NCBI GenBank assembly: GCA_951406725.2
Contig: OX597825.1
Span: forward strand, 12,400,001-12,464,000
Direction: 5' to 3'
From: Octopus vulgaris
Lineage: Eukaryota
Length of the DNA: 64,000 nucleotides
Shown one piece after another: positions 29,391 through 43,300 of this stretch (its first letter is position 1; the number at the start of each line of letters is the position of its first letter). Position numbers and translations under genes: made by a program. A model generated the notes under the pieces. The model made no database searches. It was not told where the DNA came from and saw only the letters and a list, made by a program, of their open reading frames with translations.

Positions 29391-29794
29391 ATATATATAT
29401 ATTCATATATACATATATATATGTACACACACACATATATTATGTATGTATGTATGTATGTGTGTATGTATCTATCTATCTATCTATATCTATCTATCTA
29501 CCTACCTATCTATCTACCTATCTATCTACCTTTCTCTCTATCTTTATATATATGAACTTAGATACAGACTAATATAATTATATGCAGATATATATACACG
29601 TTTCTGTACACACATTGATATACAACCCTACAGGTGACTCATACACGCGTCATGTTTTACGTAGACTCAATTATCCATTAATGATTATTATGCGGAACCT
29701 TTCCCTAAACCGCGTTGATAATAATGCCAGCGTCCACATCAATACGCGCATAACCAGCACACATGCCCACGCAAAGAATTACAAATATAAGTTA

Positions 29795-30370
29795 TCTTCT
29801 TCTTCTTCTTCTTCTTCTTCTTCTTCTTCTTCTTCTTCTTCTTCTTCTTCTTCTTCTTCTTCTTCTTCTTCTTCTTCTTCCAATCAGAACTCACGCCATT
29901 ACCCACAAAGAATAATCTGTATTTCGAACCTAGTCTAAGCTACTAAGAATGCGTGTGGCAACTTGAAGATCCACCCACCACACGCGATAGACTGACGGTT
30001 GCACGAGCGCGAAAGCTACGTTGTTATCCTCATTCTGTAAACGGTGGTTTTACCGGGTGGAGAGCTGAACCATCCTGGGGTACAGACGATTCGCAATCTA
30101 GACTAGGGTCTGAAAGTTTACCACACCATAGTGGGTTACACCATGGTCCCTCTAATTTGTGGCCGAAGTAGGGAGAAAGAGTGAGAGAAAGAGTGAGAGA
30201 AAGTTGTGGTGAAAGAGTACAGCGGGGTTCACCCCACCACCTTCGTTGCCGCCTCGTGGAACTTAGATATTTTGCTCAATAAACACTCACAATGCCCGGT
30301 CTGAAAATCGAAACCGCTTTCTCACGACCGCGAGTCCGCTGCCCTAACCACTAGGCCATTGCGCCTCCAC
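29795..30370 (-). mobile_element. Family-C-headed SINE with a long alternative 3' module ending in (GAA)n
   Basis: C head at 30370; the 29880-30170 module is shared with 47190-47500. Confidence 0.85.
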
Positions 30371-30499
30371 AGTTGTTGTTGTTGTTATCCGTTGTTGTCT
30401 TTTTTAATGAAAATTCATTAGACCAGTGAATTTGAATATTTTTATATGTCCCAAACAAGGTGAGACGCTTCTCAGTGTAAGGGATGTGGTAAGAGGAAT

Positions 30500-30960
30500 G
30501 GAATTGAAAGGAATTAATTTACTTTAGTTGAGGTCGTAAGAAGAGGGGAAACAATGAGGTGGAAGTGAGATCCAATGCCTGGTAGTTCGAGAGATAACGC
30601 CACGACAAATAAGGCTTACTTATTTGTGGAAGCACAACAGCTTTCGGATAAAGATTCTGTGAGGCTCGAATCAAACGAGATGTCAGAAAGTAATCTGGAA
30701 GTAAGAAATTTCATCAGAATACTTCCTGTGGCAGGAGCGATAGAAGAGATTTCGAGTGGCAACTCCATGTCTATGTGCCAAATGTTGACAAGCGTTTAAG
30801 CAAAAGGAGTGACCAATGAAATTTGCGACTCGCTTCTAAAGCCAGTGGAGATAATCCAAATGAGAAAGATTTTGTACCTGCCGAAATAAAACAACGTTGT
30901 TCCACACACAGACGAATTGTGCATTTGTAAAATACAAAATGAACTCGGATGTGAGGTAAC
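30500..30960 (-). mobile_element. Decayed CR1/L2-group LINE, ORF2 C-terminus
   Basis: Ordered motifs across frameshifts: FYKCTIRLCVEQRCFISAG, LAHRHGVATRNLFYRSCHRKYSDEI, SRTTRHWISLPPHCFPSSYDLN (compare YK..IRP..EY...W.G / L.HRR.VA.L.LFYR / RT..LWNSLP..CFP.SYDL). Confidence 0.7.
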
Positions 30961-31018
30961 GAATTAGCTGCAAATGTACCCTTAATGTAATTCTTAAGTA
31001 GAAACAATATAGTCCTAA

Positions 31019-31223
31019 GGTGGAGAGCTGGCAGAAACGTTAGCACGCTGGGCGAAATGCGTAGCCGTATTTCGTCTGCCGTTACATTCTGAGTTCAAAT
31101 TGCCTTTCATCCATTCAGGGTCGATAAATTAAGTACCAGTTATGCACTGGGACCGATGTAATCGACTTAATACTTTGTTTGTCCCCTCTATGTTTTGCCC
31201 CTTGTGTGATGTAAAGAAATAAG
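31019..31223 (+). mobile_element. Family-A SINE
   Basis: GGTGGAGAGCTGGCAGAAACGTTAGCACG head; small internal deletion. Confidence 0.85.
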
Positions 31224-31441
31224 CAACAATATATTCCTCAGTGTGGCAGTATGTTATTCCTTTTGCACTGAAAATAGAATCTACTTTACCTGTATCTGTG
31301 CAGCTTTCGTCTACCGAACTTTTACCATAAAATGTGAGGTTAAACGGCCATTGAAGATCATTCATACCAGATGCCATGCAAGGTGATGAGTCCAACTCGG
31401 AATCCTGAGTTTAGTAGCCCACGCTCTTAACCACTACGACA

Positions 31442-31478
<37 letters not shown>

Positions 31479-31644
31479 CATATATGTGTATGTATATATA
31501 TATATACACACATGTACATATATAAACATATATACATACATAGATATATATAATATATATATGTAAATATATATATATATATATATATAAATATATACAT
31601 ATATAAACATATATATATTCATACATATATATAATATATATATG

Positions 31645-31695
<51 letters not shown>

Positions 31696-31750
31696 ATTTA
31701 GGAATGGTCATGTTGCCAGTTTAGCCAATAAAAACACACGTACTATATGA

Positions 31751-31792
<42 letters not shown>

Positions 31793-32770
31793 GTATACGT
31801 ACATAAAGCTGTGTACGTATACACGAATTTTATTTTCTGTCTCCTCATCTTTGTGATATCAAACAATTCGTCTAGTTTATTTTTGTTTTGCTTTGTTGTT
31901 GTTGTTGTTTTTTTTTTTTCTCTTTCATATTCACCGACACATTTTGCTCGCCACAAATCTGCTTACAATTGCATGTGGTGACACTGACAGATGGCCGCTT
32001 CTATAATTGACTCTGCACTTCTAACCCGAGTAAATTATATTCTAGTAGCACGGAGCTCTAAATTGATACAGTCCACTGCTGTAAACAGTAGCTTCGCTGT
32101 TTACTTAATTAACATTTGGGACACGAATTTTATAGCCTTTGTCTCCACACCTCGCATGTGAAGACTTCGTTAGGCCTTTAATGACGCGCTGGATTAGCAT
32201 CCCTTAAGCACTGAGGTTTACTCTGACTGTTTCATCAATAAAATATGTTTACTTATTCTATTATTCTATCCTCGGGTTCAACCAGAGGCCATGACCATGC
32301 TGGAGCACCAAATTTTTTTTATTTAATTTTTTTAATCATTTTTTTTCGCATCGTATATTCATAGGATGTAATGGTACGCCTAAGCCTTACGGAAGAAAAA
32401 TCAGATAAAATATGAGGCGGTGTATCGTGATTTCGAATCCTCCTCGGACCAGATAACTATTCTGAATACTTTCAAAACGAATGGACACATCTAATGTTAT
32501 CCAATGGAGCGGGCGATTGTCTGAGCCGGTTAATAGGGTATCTTTACCACCCGCTCATATTCATAAGGAAATTCATTCCATACAACGGACTTTTGCATAT
32601 ATTTCGTCCGACCAACAATTCCCTGGAATGGTTTCTCCCGAAACAATGCACATTCTCTAGTGCTAAACTGTAAGTTCAAAGTCGAAACTACATGACTGCA
32701 AGATCAAAATTCTTAGTTTTACAAAAGTGTTAACATAGCTTGTTTAATAATTAACATTTCGGACCTTTCT

Positions 32771-32838
<68 letters not shown>

Positions 32839-33655
32839 TGTGTTTGTGTGTGTGTGTTGCTATATCCGTATCGAAACATGTTGATATATACTGGAAATAA
32901 GTTTTGTTCGTTAATGGTATTATAATCTGAGCTGAAACGATGATGTCAAAATTAAATTAATTCATAATTATCTAGGCTTGGATTAAAGCTTGGATTAAAA
33001 CGTGACTTCAACAGAATATGCATCAATTATACGTTGATATATATTTTGCCAATGGAATCAGCATTACGCTGAGTAGATAGGGATTTTGTCCACAGATCAT
33101 TTCAAGCATTTGGCGTTTCTCAGATTTTCTAGGAAGTTCAGAGAGAGTGATTCATTGGGAATTTATTCATAGAAAAAAACGTTATTGAATAATTAATACT
33201 CAGTGAACCTGGCGGTTTTGAAATTTCGGATCTAATAATCCGGTATATGTGGCGTTAATTATTCATTGGTGTAAGGTTTGCAGCAGACTAACCTTATAAT
33301 CTATACTCTGAAGTTAATATATGGTTTACAGCGGCTGGTAGTGAAAACACTTTATCAAATGTCAGAGAAATGGTACCTATTTACCTTCTGGACAGAACTA
33401 CACCCAGTTGTTTACATCTTAAGAAACCATTTTTAGGATATATTGTAGATTGGGTGTCAATAGGACGTCGGATAGAATGCCTTGCGATGTTTATTCTGGG
33501 ACTGTGCACTGCGCTCAGGTTTCGTCAGGTTTACATTGCCGTTCATTATTTCGGGAACCTTAAGAAAAAAAAACAACAAAAAAACAGCCTTACAGATGTG
33601 GATTCCCTACCAACCCTTTCATTTTACTCTCTCTCTCTCTGTCTCTCTGTAACCT

Positions 33656-33694
<39 letters not shown>

Positions 33695-34964
33695 GTATCA
33701 TTCTCTCTCTCTCTCCCTACACCGTTGTCTCCCATTTAGTTTCTGTAGCTCTATTGCACTCACTTTCTCTAGCACTCTTTCACTCACTTCCTCTATCTCT
33801 TTCTCTCTCACTCACCCACACCTCGCCCTCAAGTAGAAATTGGTTCCCATAAACCAGGAATGACGTGGACACCGTGTGGGCTTAAATTTTCCTAGACTTG
33901 CCTTGTGTCAGCCGGCGCCGCTAAGACTTCATATGATATTGATATTTCAAGGGGAAAAAGGAAGGACATTTTGGATTGCTGAGACAAGCAGTGGTAAGTG
34001 CGATAAGATACTTACGCAGGTCTCTCACGAAATATTTCAATTTGGGGTTTTAATTTAATGAGAAAATTGATGTAGCGAATAGAGAATCATGAGATGAAGC
34101 TTAGATAAAGGTAAATCTCGGTGAATTGTAATGACAGCGATTAAATGTCACTTGCGATTTCAATCACTATTTTGAAATGTGAGAAGGTAAAGAATAAGAA
34201 AAAAAAATGTTTTTCGTTACATTGACAATATAAAATATTTCCGTTTTGCTAAGAAAAAAAAATGTATAATCTGTTAATGAATAGATGTTATATATGAGAT
34301 AAGTCGATAGATAAACAGGAAAAAGGAGACGTGAAAAAGTGGAATGAAGTGAAGTAGATTATGAAACAAAAGAATAGGTAATACAAAGAAGGGGACTGAA
34401 ATGTAGGTGAGCGAATATATAATGTTATCGCGAACAGATCCTCCATCATTATACTGAGTATGATAAATAGATCTACGCCTGTGCTAGGAGATGTCAATCA
34501 AGGGACAGCGGATGAGAAAATCGGGTTATGGAGAGAAATCGTAACAACAAAAAGATAAATATGAAAATGCTTGAGCACGTGACTAGGCAAGTGAGCACAA
34601 TTCGTGACATAGTGAATTCTGGAACACATAAACACACATGTAGACACACACATACACACAAACATACATATGTTACTACATGTTTCGTTAATTTAACTGC
34701 ATCCATGTTGAGGCACCGCATCGCCGTATAATTTTAGTCGACTAAATTGACGCCCAGTACATATATATTGAAGCCTGGTACTTAATCTATCGATATCTTT
34801 TGCCGAACGGGTACGTTCGAGGACTTAGACATACTAATACCGGTTGTGAAGGGGTGGAAAGTGATAACCACCACACAAACACACACGCATACACACACAA
34901 TCACACAAATATGTGTATATATGTGTATGCATATATGTATATATATGTATACGTATGACGCCAT

Positions 34965-35150
34965 GATAGATCCTTAGCCACTACACACATGTTTTTCTCT
35001 CCTTGTTTTTTCTGTGTCCCTTTCTGTAGAAGAGCATAGGCTCGAAACGTAAAAGGCTTTTTCTATTCCTGAATGTTATACTAATACATCTGTATCTTTT
35101 TTTGTACACCACCTGTCTTCGTCTTTTGTGTTTTTGTAAACATTCCCTAT
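34965..35150 (+). mobile_element. Short hammerhead-bearing repeat (pyrimidine-rich leader, HHR-like core at 35024-35051)
   Basis: CTGTAGA-AGAGC-ATAG-GCTC-GAAA-CGTA. Confidence 0.6.
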
Positions 35151-35164
35151 ATGTATGTATATAA

Positions 35165-35366
35165 AGTTAATCCAAACATGAAAACACAAAGAAAAAACAC
35201 AACAACACGAGGACGTGAAGCAAGTATAGTGTTATTGGACGCTCAGGAAAAGAAAGACTGAAGGAGGATTTAACGTTTCGAGCGGAGTTCTTCGTCAGAA
35301 ACATAGGAAAAAGAAATATCCAAGGAAGGGAAGACGGAGGAAAAAAATTGTCAATGATATACACGT
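35165..35366 (-). mobile_element. Short hammerhead-bearing repeat (core 35271-35298)
   Basis: Minus strand reads CTGACGA-AGAAC-TCC-GCTC-GAAA-CGTTA. Confidence 0.65.
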
Positions 35367-36180
35367 AACATTTTCTTTTGATAAAAGTAGTCCAGCCATG
35401 CCATACAGGACACATGTTAAATATTTAGAAATATGTAACGCTACCTTTTAAAACGATTTAAGTTAAATTCACCAGCAGAACAAATAACTTCCAAAATAAA
35501 TTATAAGAATTACCTGAAGTTTCCCAAAAGTATTTAAAAAAAGCAAAAAATTATAAAAGATAAAAAAATGTATATTGGGTATATAACCGTATACACAGCA
35601 AATTACTAAGCAACAATATAACAGTCATATAAAGGAAGTAATTCGAAAACCTAGAGTTCAATTAATGGTAGAGCCAAATCTTTACAATGAATCTTAACAT
35701 TGATAACAGAGTTGGACGAATTATTCCACGCAAACCTTTTGTATTTCTGAAAGCTCATAAACATACGAAGCTTGAACAATTCAACTAAAAGCGAACTACG
35801 TATCATTAGCCATGAAATCCTGGATAACATATGTCGATAAATATAAGCCAATTCAAACTACGCGCAATAAATATCTACCAAGGCCGATATTGGATAGCAT
35901 AAACAAATATACGATAATCCAAACTGCAAATTAATCCAATTTGAAATCGAACTGTTTTAGGTATTGATCTTCAAGATATTCCTATAATCTCCTTATTCCA
36001 GTGAAATATAACGACTATTATTGATACAGGCGTTTTCCCTTCTTAATGAATTCAAGAAAAACATCGATGTTTCCTAATATTTTATTGGACACGCGGATCC
36101 ATAATTCAACAGTGTCAGGTTAGAGTTTATATCCTGTATAAACTACACAATGAGATAAAGGAGGCTAAAAGGCGATTGTG

Positions 36181-36940
36181 TGGAGGCACAATGGCCCAAT
36201 GGTTAGCGCAGCGGACTCGCGGTTTCGATTCCCAGACCGGACGTTGTGTATGTTTATTGAGCGAAAAAGGATCCTTTCGGTTTGAACGGCAGTTTTTTCT
36301 AGCGGTGTCATATGAAATTGTCACCCATAATTATGATCTAAGTATTTATTATGATCTAATTATGATCTATTGCATTTCAATCTGCTTCAGGGTTGGTTAG
36401 GGTTAGGATTAGGGGTGGGGGGAAAGGTATCTTTTTTTCTTCAGAAATGTAAATAAACCCAATCTGTTTCTTAAACGTGGGACATATTCATACGGCACAG
36501 AATGTTTTCACCTCCAATAGACGTCATTGATTGGTTGAAATAGCAGAAATTGAAGAAAAACAACAACAAACATCTTACAAACTATAGAATTTTCTCAATA
36601 AAGCCAAGAGAACAATGATGTTTTATAAACATATTCTACCAGTATACGAAGTTTAAAAGTGTTTAGTTACGTGGAAATTATTTAAAAGAATCTGCCGTTC
36701 AAACTGAAAAGATCCGCAAAAACACCTAAAGCTCCACGAGGCTCCGATAGGGGGTGGGTGGCGACCCCTGTTGTACTCTTTCGCCACAACTTTCTCTCAC
36801 TCTTTCTTCCTGTTTCTTGAGTAACGATGTGATGGCCTGGCGTCCCGTTCAACTGGGGGAACACGTACACCACAAAAAGCGGGAAACCGGCCCATGGGCT
36901 TGGGTAGGCTTGCAAAGAGCGCATAAAAAAAAATAATAAT
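36181..36940 (+). mobile_element. Family-C SINE interrupted by a MITE
   Basis: Head 36181-36268 resumes at 36716 (..AAACACCTAAAGCTCCACGAGG); A-rich end. Confidence 0.85.
36269..36715. mobile_element. MITE with 24-bp TIRs, ~8-bp TSD and internal GGTTAG repeats (Merlin or MULE-like; superfamily uncertain)
   Basis: GGATCCTTTCGGTTTGAACGGCAG ... CTGCCGTTCAAACTGAAAAGATCC; flanks GCGAAAAA and GCAAAAAC. Confidence 0.85.
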
Positions 36941-36983
36941 AAAAGGCGTGTGTATCGTTGGCGATTTTCTTTCTCTGTCTTCT

Positions 36984-37046
<63 letters not shown>

Positions 37047-37261
37047 ATATATATATGATTGCAAATGACAGTTTAATCAGCTAATTGTTCGCCCTTAAGT
37101 CACATATAACTTTCGGCTGAAGTAAAATTCTAGGATATATATTTTCGTGTATTGAATTAAATTTTAACTGTTTCTTCCATCACAAACATGAGTATCGGCA
37201 TATAACACACTCACACACACACACACAAACACACACGACTTACAAACAGACACGCACACAG

Positions 37262-37302
<41 letters not shown>

Positions 37303-38022
37303 AATATATACATAATCATATATATTTATGTATTCACATATAAATAAATATATTGATATATACATGAATATATATTGTGAATATTTATATACATGTGTGT
37401 ACGTGAGTGTGTATGTGTGTACATGTATGTGTATCCATGTGTGTATGTGTTTATGTATTTGTTATAGAGACACAGCATGAAACACACAGACACAAACAAA
37501 CAGCTTGTGCAAAATATAAAATGTCAAAACAAAAGAATCTATCCACTCTATAGCTCCAAGCCATATAACTCAAACACAGCAATATGAGAGGCAATTATAT
37601 TCATATAGGCAAACGTTAAATACATAGAAATTTGAACAAACTCGACAATAGACAGTAAAAATGGACATGGATATGAAAATTCTAAGTCAAATTAAGACGT
37701 CTGAGAGAAAACACGAATAAATACAAATAGCTACATCTTTGTCTTGTTCGTATTATTCTTGATGTTGATTTGTCTTGTAGAATTTCTGTCCGAAATTTCA
37801 GAATGTGAAATATTTGACAACCATCATTTTTTTTTCAGTGTTGTTCTATATACACTCGTTCATCAACCAATCCATACAATCATACATACATACATACATA
37901 CATACATACATACATACATACATACATACATACATACATACATACATACATACGTACATACATACATAATGCATATATATATGTATATATATACATATAT
38001 ATATATATATAAATATATATAC

Positions 38023-38061
<39 letters not shown>

Positions 38062-38111
38062 AATATATATATATGTATATCTGTCTATCTATCTCTCTCT
38101 CTCTCTCTCTC

Positions 38112-38171
<60 letters not shown>

Positions 38172-38979
38172 CACACGAACATAATGCATATCTGTGAGTG
38201 TGTGTATGTTTATAGAAGTAAACATACAACAGCTTAAACATTTAGTATATATTTGTGCTAGACTCTATCTGCGTATGGATATATCTATATATGTATCTAC
38301 CTACGTATCTATCTATATATATATATATATATATGTGCATATATGTATATATACACAAACACATACATACATATATACACACACATCTATATATATAAAT
38401 ATTTGTAAGTATGTGTGTATATGTGTATCTATCTATCTATTTATCTATCTATTTGTCTGTGTATATATTTCTATATAAGCACAAACACTCACATAGTTAT
38501 ATACATATGGATATATTATATCGAAATTGTGGAAGTATTGTAAACGTGTCATAAATAATATAGCTCTCCAAAATACGTGTGCAGTTATATATTTAAGTTT
38601 AAGAAACAACAGAATCTATATTTTGCTAGACATTAACCAAAATATCTCATAAAATTTCCTGACATTTGGCGAAATTATTTGATTTATCTCATCAGGAGAA
38701 TACGAGTAGACTGTCGCCGTGTCTACTAGTCGCGCCAACAACAAACTCTCAGGAAGATGTTAAAAATTATTGATTTTATTTGAAACAGAAGGGGCGAATA
38801 GATACTCTAGACCTAAAATATATACACACGTACGTGTTACGAATTCTCTGATATAAAATACCTTTCAGTGTTTATCAGTTTTATTATACTCAGATTTTTA
38901 GCTGGGGTTGGTAAATTTTCTCATATTCCATACTATTCTTTATTTAGCAACTTTTCCCAATATATATATATATATTTAT

Positions 38980-39039
<60 letters not shown>

Positions 39040-39316
39040 GTCTGTGTGTGTGTGTGTGTGTTTATTTACATATTTAGTTAACGGTTGTAGGTGTATTCAT
39101 TGAATTTATCTACTGATACTGTCGTACATACTATAAATGAGTTTGATAGTTGTGGTTCATTTGATAGTTTTGTTCCCAAACAACACTTATTTTAGTGATG
39201 TCGATAACGCCGGATTGAATGGTACTGCCCAGGTGTCGAAACCATAATGATATCCGCGAGGCACATGATGATGGACGTATTTTGTATTGTTGGCATGGCC
39301 ATTTTTTGTATTTGTG

Positions 39317-39415
<99 letters not shown>

Positions 39416-39650
39416 CATAAAGAGTGACCGATAGTATACGACACGGTATACCTGCGCGTTTTTACTTGCAATAACTGACATTTAAATCCTGTCATGAAAT
39501 AATATTTATCTGTGGCAGAAAGGAGTGCTTCTTCAGCGATCCATTGAATAACGAAGATGTGCATGCGTATTATCATACATAAAGATATACATATACGCAC
39601 ACATATTTATTTAAATATATATATATAGTTATGTATGTTTGTATATATAC

Positions 39651-39705
<55 letters not shown>

Positions 39706-39708
39706 TAT

Positions 39709-40110
39709 AAGATCATTGATTAGAGAACAAACATCAAATTGGGGTCAACGACTTTATATAACACCACGCTTCCTCAATCAAAATGATTAGTAATTCGCTT
39801 TGATTATTTATTTTAGGCGATTTGTATATACGTTTCCTTAATAAGCCTTTCTATATATCTTGTATTTTTATGTGCATTATTTTTTTTTACCTTCTGTGCT
39901 TTTATATATTTATTCATTTTATATATTGAAGGCCTTGGCAATGTTTACATATGAGGAAATGTATGGAAGCGTGCTTTTATATGAAGTCGTTAACCCGAAT
40001 TTGATGTTTGTTCGCTAATCAATGTTCTTTGCCTCTGTCTTTTTTTGCACTCCTATTAACCCTCTTTTCTCTATAAAAAGTGGCAAAAATGATTTCTTAT
40101 CTTATCTTTT
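39709..40110 (+). mobile_element. Foldback insertion in (TA)n (arms 39709-39773 and 39965-40029, ~80-bp tail)
   Basis: AAGATCATTGATTAGAGAACAAACATCAAATT pairs with AATTTGATGTTTGTTCGCTAATCAATGTTCTT. Confidence 0.75.
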
Positions 40111-40159
40111 ATATATATATATATATATAATACGAACATGTATATGTACATATATAGGA

Positions 40160-40450
40160 GCGTAGGACTGGCTGTGTGGTAAGTAGCTTGCTTACGAACA
40201 CATAGTTCCGGGTTCAGTCCCACTGCGTGATACCTTGGGCAAGTGTCTTCTACTATAGCTTAGGGCTGACCAAAACTTTGTGAGTGGATTTGGTTGACGG
40301 AAACTGAAAGAAGCCTGTCGTATATATGTATATACTAGGCTTACAAAGAATAAGTCCTAGGGTCGATTTGCTCGACTAAAGGCGGTGCTGCAGCATGGCC
40401 ACATCCAAATGACTGAAACAAGTAAAAGAATATAGAGTAAAAGTAAAGAA
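40160..40450 (+). mobile_element. Family-B SINE with internal deletion
   Basis: Head joined directly to TACTAGGCTTACAAAGAATAAG and the tail. Confidence 0.85.
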
Positions 40451-41129
40451 TATATATTTATATATGTATATATATACACGTGCATGTATGTGTGCATGTC
40501 TGTATATATGTGTACGGTTGTAGTTACGAATGTATAAATAAATTATATTTATTCATATCTGTATGTTTAGTTATGAGCTGGCCAATAAGAAGAATATGGC
40601 GAATGAAGAGATCTACTGTATTTTGGTGCACATACGCCAACGATTTGCCTAACAGCTAAGCGCTTTATAATATTTAAGTACAGTAAATCTGTATACGTTG
40701 ATAAGTGTAATCTTTTCGGTGGTATTAGGCCAGTTTCATGCTGCCAAATACAGTTTCCATGTGTTTAAGAGAAACATAAATTAACAGGTGCCAACATAGA
40801 TTCCTAAAACTAAATATGAAAATAGATTTCCGTTTCTTGGCGCACTTATTTGTAAATAAGACAGTATAAGCGATAAGAACCGGTATTTAGAGTTAATAGC
40901 TATGTAATCTTGCGGTATATTAGAGCATTTAACATATAAAGACTAATCTGTGCGCTGGGTTTTGTCTAATTCTGCATCCAACACTCATCTAAGTGAAAGA
41001 AAAAGATTATCAGAGTTCTATTGTATGTAAATAGTTTTAGTTATGTGACACACATAGATACCCGACTATAAGTATAGATATGCGTATATGTGTGTGCCCT
41101 CACACCCACATATATATGATATATATATA

Positions 41130-41537
41130 CTCTTTTACTCTTTTACTTGTTTCAGTCATTTGACTGCGGCCATGCTGGAGCACCGCCTTTAGTCGAGCAA
41201 ATCGAACCCGGGACTTATTCTTTGTAAGCCCAGTACTTATTCTATCGGTCTCTTTTGCCGAACCGCTAGTGACGGGGACGTAAACACACCAGCATCGGTT
41301 GTCAAGCAATTCTAGGGGGACAAACACACACACAAACATATACACACGCACTTATATATATATATACATATATACGACAGCCTTCTTTCAGTTTCCGTCT
41401 ACCAAATCCACTCACAAGGCATTGGTCGGCCCGGGGCTATAGCAGAAGACACTTGCCCAAGATACCACGCAGTGGGACTGAACCCGGAACCATGTTGTTG
41501 GTTAGCAAGCTACTTAGCACACAGCAACTCCTGCGCC
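41130..41537 (-). mobile_element. Family-B SINE, full length
   Basis: Near-identical to 13092-13507 and 43301-43714. Confidence 0.92.
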
Positions 41538-42429
41538 TAGATATATTTATGTATATATATGTGTGTGTGAGTATGTCTATACATATATGTACATACATAT
41601 TTATCTTTATCTGTATATAGAAATAATATATATGTAATAATTTAATATAACAATACACATATAATATATATAATATATAGACACACGTACATATACACTC
41701 TTATCTATTTTAACTATTTATCTGTATGTCAATAAATTTATCTTTCTTTGTATATACGCATACATACAAACATACATCCACTCATACACAAACATCATAC
41801 TCATACACACACACATATAAAACACATTATATATATATATATGTGTGTGTCTGTGTGTATGAGTGTGTGCATACACACATATATGCATACATATTTATCT
41901 GTATATAGAAAATATTTATATATAATAATTAGATAAATACAAAAGACACATATAATATATAATATATACACACATACATATACACACTTATCTATTTATC
42001 TATCTGTCAATCAATTTATCTTTCACTGTATACGTACACATACCACAGACAAATACACAGACACATACACGCGCGCACGCACACACACACACACATACTT
42101 ATTTATATATAGTTCACAGATGAGATACAGATATTCACTGTATAGAAGACAGTAGTGCTCAAAAGACTCAAGCTTAGATTCCGATAACTCCCTCGAGGTA
42201 AAGAAAGGCTACAAGATGGATCAAGTTGGGTGGGAATAGAAGGAGTAATATTGGTAAACAAAATAAGACACATCAGATATATTAAATTTATTAAACATCA
42301 AATAAGGATCGCCGAGGCCTCAGAAACAGGTGTTGGTGTTATAGAAACTTTCATTCCACCCCTTTAATTTTCTGTGTCGTTTCTACTCTATAATCTGGAC
42401 CTATTGATATATGTATGTATATATATATA

Positions 42430-42818
42430 CTAGCAGTATCGCCCGGCGTTGCTCGGGTTTGTAAGGGAAATAACTATAAAGCATTTTTAGAGAGTTATAG
42501 CCAAAAAAGAGCAAAAAATGCATTAGAAATTGAAAAAAAATTATGGTAAATTTTTTTCTAAATCGTTGACTCATCGTAGACATTTTTAGTGAGTTACTTC
42601 CCTTTATTAAAAAAATATGCATTAAAATGGAAGAAAATTATGGTAATTTTTTTTTTTAATCATAGACTCATCGTAGACGCGCGCTAATACCCAGAAGAGC
42701 TCGATATGAATCACGACTATAAGATACCCGGTTTTGGCTAAACTGCATCGCAAAATGTGGGAGTAGTTAGGAATCTAAATCGGTGTAGACAGACACACAA
42801 CCTTTCTTTTATGTATAA

Positions 42819-42821
<3 letters not shown>
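42430..42821 (-). mobile_element. Non-autonomous Helitron
   Basis: Minus strand: 5' TC start, GTGTCTGTCT tract, 3' hairpin CCCGAGCAACGCCGGG 8 nt before terminal CTAG, inserted between A and T with no TSD; internal ~120-bp duplication. Confidence 0.88.
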
Positions 42822-42880
<59 letters not shown>

Positions 42881-43031
42881 CATAGAAATTCATCATTTGA
42901 AAGTTTCCACATTTTACTTCCTATTTTGTATACGATGTTTAATGTATTTATTTGATGTGTCTAAATTGTTTATGCACATAATTTCCTCTCTCACTCTCTC
43001 ATTCTCTTACTCGCGCTCACTCACTCATTAA

Positions 43032-43068
<37 letters not shown>

Positions 43069-43300
43069 GAAACGTGGAGTAGATGAAACAGGGACAACTG
43101 AAGAAGGGGAATATTCTTTATGTTGTATGTCTCGTTTCTCTGTTTGTTTTTTTCGTTGTTCGAAAAAACTTCGTTTCTATGTTTTTGTTTTTATGTTTTC
43201 GTTTCTCGTTGGGTTCAACGTTTTTGATGTCGTCTACCCATATATGCATGTATATATACATATATATATGTAGGTGTGCACATATATGTATATATATATA

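Noticed and set aside
30575-30799. 74-aa plus-strand ORF
   Set aside because: Antisense to the decayed LINE remnant
38660-38700. CTGATGA on the minus strand as another hammerhead
   Set aside because: No GAAA box after the putative stem II
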